From: Nitrospinales bacterium
Lineage (GTDB): Bacteria > Nitrospinota > Nitrospinia > Nitrospinales > VA-1
DNA: 64,000 bases
Direction: 5' to 3'
Assembly: GCA_965223795.1 (NCBI GenBank)
Contig: CBDCXL010000002.1
Coordinates: forward strand, 2,560,001 to 2,624,000
Part shown: one piece after another, positions 58,868 to 64,000 of the stretch
How the letters are laid out: each line of letters begins with the position of its first letter
How positions within the stretch are numbered: the stretch's first letter is position 1
Made by a program: the position numbers and the translations under genes
The notes under the pieces: generated by a model
Database searches by the model: none
What the model was told of the DNA's origin: nothing
What the model saw: the letters and a program-made list of their open reading frames with translations, nothing else

Positions 58868-58980
58868 ATGAAGATTCGAAATGGCACTGCCTCCTCCAAC
58901 GGATTGGGTCCCCTCAGACCCAATCCGTGGCGTGCCTACCCAAGTTGTACGGCCCCTCTCACAAGGGGCCGTTTTTTTTT
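58868..58980 (+). ncRNA. Candidate sigma-54-dependent small RNA
   Basis: Lies between the sigma-54 promoter and a plus-strand intrinsic terminator, and contains a perfect 12-bp hairpin at 58899-58928. Confidence 0.65.
58949..58980 (+). terminator. Intrinsic terminator
   Basis: ACGGCCCCT-ctcaca-AGGGGCCGT followed by a T-run. Confidence 0.85.
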
Positions 58981-58999
58981 GCCTCGAATCTGGTTTCAG

Positions 59000-59572
59000 T
59001 TAAGAGGATTGAGGGCTAATTGTTTCCGGGAAGCATTCGAGAGAGCCGAAGCGGGTGAAGGGGTAGTATCTGAATGTCATGATGCCAAGGACTTCATTGA
59101 CATTCACGAAACCCCAATGTCGGCTGTCCATGCTGTTTTCACGGTTGTCGCCGAGCACAAAGATGTGGTTTTCAGGTACGGTGACCGGTGTTAGGTTGTC
59201 CCTGATAGAATGGGGATCTTCGCTGACGGGCTTTGAATGATAGACATACGGTTCGTGAAGCGGCTCTCCGTCGATGTAAACAACCTGCTTTTTGATTTCG
59301 ATCACTTCTCCTGGCATTCCGATCACCCTTTTAATAAACTCCCGACTTGGATCTTTAGGAAAAGGGAAAATCACAAGATCGAAAGTACCTACTCCCACTG
59401 TTTCTGGCGCTTTGAGGTCGGCGAAAACACGATCTCCATTATGCAGGCAGGGAGTCATGGACTTCGAAGCAATTTTGTAGGGCTTCATTTTCAACTCACC
59501 GGTTTCGAAATCCCCAAAGATCACGAAAAGAAACAGCGAGAGGAGCCACATTTTTATTTTCAGGACGGACAT
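59000..59572 (-). CDS. lepB: Signal peptidase I
   Basis: SKSMTPCL (Ser), FIKRVIG (Lys), GDNRENSMDSR. Confidence 0.88.
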   Translation of the reverse strand: MSVLKIKMWLLSLFLFVIFGDFETGELKMKPYKIASKSMTPCLHNGDRVFADLKAPETVGVGTFDLVIFPFPKDPSREFIKRVIGMPGEVIEIKKQVVYIDGEPLHEPYVYHSKPVSEDPHSIRDNLTPVTVPENHIFVLGDNRENSMDSRHWGFVNVNEVLGIMTFRYYPFTRFGSLECFPETISPQSS

Positions 59573-59750
59573 GCGCAATCCCCCATTAGGAATTGCTTAA
59601 AAAGAGCAATTCGGGTGCCAAAAGGCGGGGCTTGAAAAAACGGTCTTTGCGGATGCGGCGGGCTGGACGGTTGGGCGCTAAATTATGAAAATCTAGACAC
59701 TTTGCCCATTACCGCGAGGGCGGGGATTTGCAGGGGTAAAAGTTTTTTAG

Positions 59751-60716
59751 TTACTTCACCGCGAACTGCCAGTGGGCGTCGGAGCCGCCGCCGCCGGGGT
59801 TGGGGCCGCCGGTCAACAGGTGAATCCTGTCGTTGATGAGGGCGCTGCCGAGTCCGTGCCGGCCGTCGGGCATGTCGGCCCAGGTTTTCCAGGTGTCGGT
59901 GGCCGGGTCGTAGGCTTCGTTTTCATCGAAGGCTTTCACACCCGACTCGCCGCCGAACACGTGGATCTTGCCGTTCAGCACCTGCGAGGTGATGCCGCTG
60001 CGCGCGGTGGGCAGGGGACTCAGGGTTTTCCAGCTTCCGGTTCTGGGGTCGAAGGCTTCGTTGGCGTCGAGGTTGTTGTTGTAGTTCACGTTCACCCGGC
60101 CGCCGATGGCGTACACGGTGTCGTTCACCACCGAGACGGTGAGGTGGTCGCGCGGCGTGGGCAGGGGGGCCAGCGCCTGCCACCGGTCGGTGGCGGGATC
60201 GTACACTTCATTGGCGCCGGTGTTGACGAGGCGGAAAAACTTGCGGTGCGCGCCGCCCAGGGCGTAAATCTTGCCGTCCACCACGCCCGACGCCAACGCG
60301 CCGCGCTTGGTGGGCATGGGCGCTTTTTCGGTCCACGCGTCGGTGTCCGGGTCGTATTCGTAGGTCGTGTTGGTGGGGCTCCACATGGCGGAAAAGAACC
60401 CGCCCACCACGTAGATCTTGCCGTTCACCACCGAGGCTGCCGTGTGGTGCAGCGGCTGCGGCATCGGGCTTTTTTCCTCCCAGCGGTCGCTCACCGGATC
60501 GAACACTTCCAGCTTGTTGGTGATGCCCTTGGGGCCGAACCCGCCCAGCACGTAGATCTTTCCCTTGAGCGCCACCACCGAAACCTCGGTGCGGATGGTG
60601 GGCGCGGGCTTCATTTCCTTCCAGACGCCGGGAAGCTGCGCCTCTGCGGGCGGAGCGCTTTCCAGCCAGAAGAAAGAGGAAAGAAAAACTACGGCGATGC
60701 TGCGGGACGTACGCAT
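59751..60716 (-). CDS. Exported Kelch-repeat protein
   Basis: Six GKIYV-x-GG...YDP...W-type units and a signal peptide. Confidence 0.9.
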   Translation of the reverse strand: MRTSRSIAVVFLSSFFWLESAPPAEAQLPGVWKEMKPAPTIRTEVSVVALKGKIYVLGGFGPKGITNKLEVFDPVSDRWEEKSPMPQPLHHTAASVVNGKIYVVGGFFSAMWSPTNTTYEYDPDTDAWTEKAPMPTKRGALASGVVDGKIYALGGAHRKFFRLVNTGANEVYDPATDRWQALAPLPTPRDHLTVSVVNDTVYAIGGRVNVNYNNNLDANEAFDPRTGSWKTLSPLPTARSGITSQVLNGKIHVFGGESGVKAFDENEAYDPATDTWKTWADMPDGRHGLGSALINDRIHLLTGGPNPGGGGSDAHWQFAVK

Positions 60717-60747
60717 TTTAAAACTCCTTGGGCCTTTCGACCCTTCA

Positions 60748-61608
60748 CTATATGGGGGATTCGATGGCTTTGCCGCGGACGAGGCGGTCGATGGGTTTGA
60801 TCTGTTCGAGCAGTCCGGCCAGGTGATCGAGCCTGAGCATGTTGGGGCCGTCGGACAGGGCGCTGTCGGGATCGGGGTGGATCTCCATGAACAGGGCGTC
60901 GCAGCCCACCGCCGCGGCGCCGCGCGCCATTTCCGGGATCAGCTCGCGCTGGCCGCCGCTTTTGTTTCCCTGGCCGCCGGGAAGCTGCAGGCTGTGCGTG
61001 GCGTCGAACACCACGGGAAAGCCGTACTGGCGCATGAGGGCGAGGGAGCGCATGTCCACCACCAGGTTGTTGTAGCCGAAGCTGAACCCGCGCTCGGTGA
61101 GCAGTAATTTCTCGCTGCCGCTCTCTTTGATCTTGTGGACGACGTTTTTCATGTCCCAGGGGGCCATGAACTGTCCCTTCTTTACGTTGACGGCTTTGCC
61201 CGTTCGGGCGGCGGCAACCAGCAGATCGGTCTGGCGGCAGAGAAAGGCCGGGATCTGCAAAACATCCAGCACTTCGGCGGCGGGGCCGATCTCTTCCTCT
61301 TTATGGACGTCCGAGAGAACCGGAATGTCCAGCTCGCCGCGGATTTTTTTCAGGACGGCGAGGCCTTCTTTGAGGCCGGGACCGCGGAACGAATCGAGGG
61401 CGGAGCGGTTGGCCTTGTCGTAGGACGATTTGAACACGAACGGAACGTCGGCGTCGGCGGCGATGCGTTTGAGCTTTTCTGCGGTCTTGAGCGCGGCCGT
61501 TTCCGATTCGATCACACAGGGGCCGGCGATCAGGGCGAGGGGATGCGCCCCGCCGATGGTGACGGACCCGATGGCGACGGTTTGGGTTTCCGGTATCAGT
61601 GGATTCAT
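60748..61608 (-). CDS. kdsA: KDO-8-phosphate synthase
   Basis: [38 protein letters not shown]. Confidence 0.97.
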   Translation of the reverse strand: MNPLIPETQTVAIGSVTIGGAHPLALIAGPCVIESETAALKTAEKLKRIAADADVPFVFKSSYDKANRSALDSFRGPGLKEGLAVLKKIRGELDIPVLSDVHKEEEIGPAAEVLDVLQIPAFLCRQTDLLVAAARTGKAVNVKKGQFMAPWDMKNVVHKIKESGSEKLLLTERGFSFGYNNLVVDMRSLALMRQYGFPVVFDATHSLQLPGGQGNKSGGQRELIPEMARGAAAVGCDALFMEIHPDPDSALSDGPNMLRLDHLAGLLEQIKPIDRLVRGKAIESPI

Positions 61609-62048
61609 GGTTCTAAAGGCTGCGGGGTGTCCAGCTCGATGCCGATGGGAACGGGATGCGGGATCTGCGTGCGCTCCGGGATGCCGTCGGGCGCGAGAAG
61701 CCCCAGCGTGATCTCGCGGGCCTTTTCCTGATTGTTCACCTTGTGCAGCGCCTCGAAGCCGTTTTCCTGCAGCGGGGCCAGGTTCACCTCCGGAAAATCC
61801 GGCGTCAAAAACAGGATGAAGTCGAGTTTTTTGAGCTTCTTTTTGATATTCATCAGGTGCTTGGGTTCGGACTTGCCTTTTCTCAAGACATAGATCACCA
61901 GGTCGCAGCGGATGAACTGCGACTGCTTGAAGCAGTCGGTGATCGAAACGAAGCTCATGATGGTGAAAAACTCCTGCTTGAGGAATTTGGACAGCTGGAT
62001 GCGGTCGCTGCGGACCGGATCGACGATGAAGATGGTCTTGTAATTCAT
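61605..62048 (-). CDS. Receiver-like hypothetical protein
   Basis: TIFIVD...DLVIY pattern, stop overlaps the kdsA start. Confidence 0.65.
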   Translation of the reverse strand: MNYKTIFIVDPVRSDRIQLSKFLKQEFFTIMSFVSITDCFKQSQFIRCDLVIYVLRKGKSEPKHLMNIKKKLKKLDFILFLTPDFPEVNLAPLQENGFEALHKVNNQEKAREITLGLLAPDGIPERTQIPHPVPIGIELDTPQPLEP

Positions 62049-62343
62049 TGAGAATATCCCTTTGAGGAACGCATGCGGCCGTTTCCGGTTCCCGGCAGGA
62101 CGACTGAATCCGGAAAAGCGGCCTGTTTCCGGCCTTGATACTGGCAAGTTCAGTCTACCACAATCAAACCCCGGTTGAAGCCCAAATGGCGGATTTGGCA
62201 GGGGGTTTTGGTTTGACTTTGGCGGAAAGCCTGTGAAAAAATGTGAACGGTCTACCGGGCGGGCCGGATGCGTGTCCGGATCCCGCCTTTCCTTCAACGA
62301 ACCTCTCCGTTTTCAGGAAGTTCCTCGTTCCCGGTGCGCTCTT

Positions 62344-63648
62344 TTGAAGACTTGGCTCAAATGGACGATCGTGTTGCTGATACTGGTTTTTGTGCCTGTT
62401 CAGGCATGGGCCAAGGTGCGCGTCGTGGAAGTGGCGGGCGCGATCAACCCGGTGGTGGCCGAGTTCATCACCAGCGAGATCGAGGCCGCGGAAATGGCCG
62501 GCGACGAACTGGTGGTGATCCGCATCGACACGCCGGGCGGGCTCGACACGTCCATGCGCCAGATCATCAAGGGAATCCAGAATTCCCGGGTTCCGGTGGC
62601 CACGTTCGTCGCGCCCAGCGGTTCGCGGGCGGCGTCCGCGGGCACGTTCATTTCCTATGCGTCGCACATCGCGGCGATGGCGCCCGGCACCAATATCGGC
62701 GCCGCCCATCCGGTCAACCTGATGGGAGGCGGCGGCGACAGCGAACAGGCCAAGACAATGGAGGACAAGGTCACCAACGACGCGGCGGCCTACATCCGCT
62801 CGCTGGCGGAGCAGCGCGGCCGCAACGCCTACTGGGCGGAGCTTGCGGTGAAAAAAAGCGTGTCCATCTCCGCCGAGGAAGCGAAAAAGCTCAATGTCAT
62901 CGACCTGGTGGCGGCGGACCTGGACGCCCTGGTGCTGGCGGTGGACGGCCGCGAAGTCAAGATGGGCTCCGAGACCGTCGTGCTCAAGACCAAGGACAAG
63001 GAACTCCTGTTCAGGGAGATGAGCCCGCGGCAGAAGATCCTCGACACGATCTCCAACCCGAACGTCGCCTACGTGCTGATGATGCTGGGGCTGGTCGGGC
63101 TTTATTTCGAGCTTTCCAATCCGGGGCTCATCCTGCCGGGCGTGATCGGCGGCATCAGCCTCATCCTTGCGCTGTACGCCATGCAGACGTTGCCCATCAA
63201 TTATGCCGGGTTGCTTTTGATCCTTTTGGGCGTGGTGCTGTTCATCGCCGAGATCGGCATCATGAGCTACGGCCTGTTGTCGGTGGCGGGAGCGATCTCG
63301 CTGTTGCTGGGCTCGGTGATGCTGATCGAAAGCGACGACCCCGCCATGCAGATTTCCAGAAGCGTGCTCGTGCCGACGCTGATTTTCTTCGTCCTGGTGT
63401 CGGCGGGCATCGTCTACCTGGCCGCCAGAACCGTGCGCCAGCAGGCGGTTTCGGGGATCGAGGCTTTGATCGGCGCGAAAGGCGTGGTCAAGGCGGTGCT
63501 GGATCCTAACGGGACGGTGCTCATCCACGGCGAAATCTGGAACGCGGAAAGCGCCCAGCGCATCGAAGCAGGCGAATCCGTGGTGGTGGAGGCGGTTGAA
63601 GGGCTGAAGCTCAAGGTGGCTTCCGCCAAGGAACCCCGCCCCGCTTGA
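62344..63648 (+). CDS. nfeD: Long NfeD (ClpP-class membrane serine protease)
   Basis: IDTPGG, RAASAG, APGTNIGAAHP, TM region, GEIW OB-fold. Start uncertain. Confidence 0.9.
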   Translation: MKTWLKWTIVLLILVFVPVQAWAKVRVVEVAGAINPVVAEFITSEIEAAEMAGDELVVIRIDTPGGLDTSMRQIIKGIQNSRVPVATFVAPSGSRAASAGTFISYASHIAAMAPGTNIGAAHPVNLMGGGGDSEQAKTMEDKVTNDAAAYIRSLAEQRGRNAYWAELAVKKSVSISAEEAKKLNVIDLVAADLDALVLAVDGREVKMGSETVVLKTKDKELLFREMSPRQKILDTISNPNVAYVLMMLGLVGLYFELSNPGLILPGVIGGISLILALYAMQTLPINYAGLLLILLGVVLFIAEIGIMSYGLLSVAGAISLLLGSVMLIESDDPAMQISRSVLVPTLIFFVLVSAGIVYLAARTVRQQAVSGIEALIGAKGVVKAVLDPNGTVLIHGEIWNAESAQRIEAGESVVVEAVEGLKLKVASAKEPRPA

Positions 63649-63750
63649 ACAAGGCCGTGATCCACGCGGGCAGGCTATTCCCTGTGTCCTTTTCCGTGAT
63701 TCGATAACCACGATGCGTTTTTTTCCTTCCGGCAGGTCCCGGTGAAGCGA

Positions 63751-64000
63751 ATGTCCATATTGCAGACGGCGGGGTTCGTTCTTCTGTTTTTCGTGCTGTA
63801 CGGAGTCCTGCTGGTGGCATGCGAACGCAAGATCATCTTCCACCCCAACAAATACCCGGAAGGCATCTGGAACCCGGAGAGCTTCGGCGTTCAGGTGGAG
63901 GATGTGTTTTTCGAAACCGAGGATCGGGTGAAGCTGCACGGCTGGTTCGTGCCGGTGGACAACCCGAAGGGCACGCTGCTGTGGTTTCACGGCAACGCCG
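63751..64000 (+). CDS. Alpha/beta hydrolase, truncated at window end
   Basis: Manual translation MSILQTAG...IIFHP...EDVFFETEDRVKLHGWF...LWFHGNA. Confidence 0.8.
   Translation, partial: MSILQTAGFVLLFFVLYGVLLVACERKIIFHPNKYPEGIWNPESFGVQVEDVFFETEDRVKLHGWFVPVDNPKGTLLWFHGNA

Noticed and set aside
58868..59194. 108-aa plus-strand ORF starting at the sigma-54 +1
   Set aside because: It reads through a strong terminator into antisense lepB and has no protein-like features.

Overview
A high-GC bacterial chromosomal window of mostly core genes: recG, relA/spoT, rpmB, flgM, a DHH-CBS tRNA nucleotidyltransferase, ctpA, yebC-ruvCAB, a soluble fumarate-reductase-like FeS/flavoprotein pair, yggT-divIVA-yggU-mtnA, asnS, rlmD, lepB and kdsA. 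The gene content suggests a Nitrospinota-like or deltaproteobacterial-like organism, which is inference only. Several AT-rich islets interrupt the core genes: nfeD/SPFH/Sel1, a RelE-type toxin-antitoxin pair next to a PIN-like gene, and an orphan membrane gene between asnS and rlmD. I saw no rRNA, tRNA, CRISPR array, integrase or transposase. The most unusual signals are non-coding. (1) Intergenic arrays are built from five short repeat families. One family sits directly 3' of stop codons, and a ~50-nt element is inserted inside two different host repeats. (2) A near-consensus sigma-54 promoter precedes a ~113-nt structured, intrinsically terminated sRNA candidate that exposes an anti-Shine-Dalgarno motif. 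All product calls come from motif recognition by eye, not database searches.
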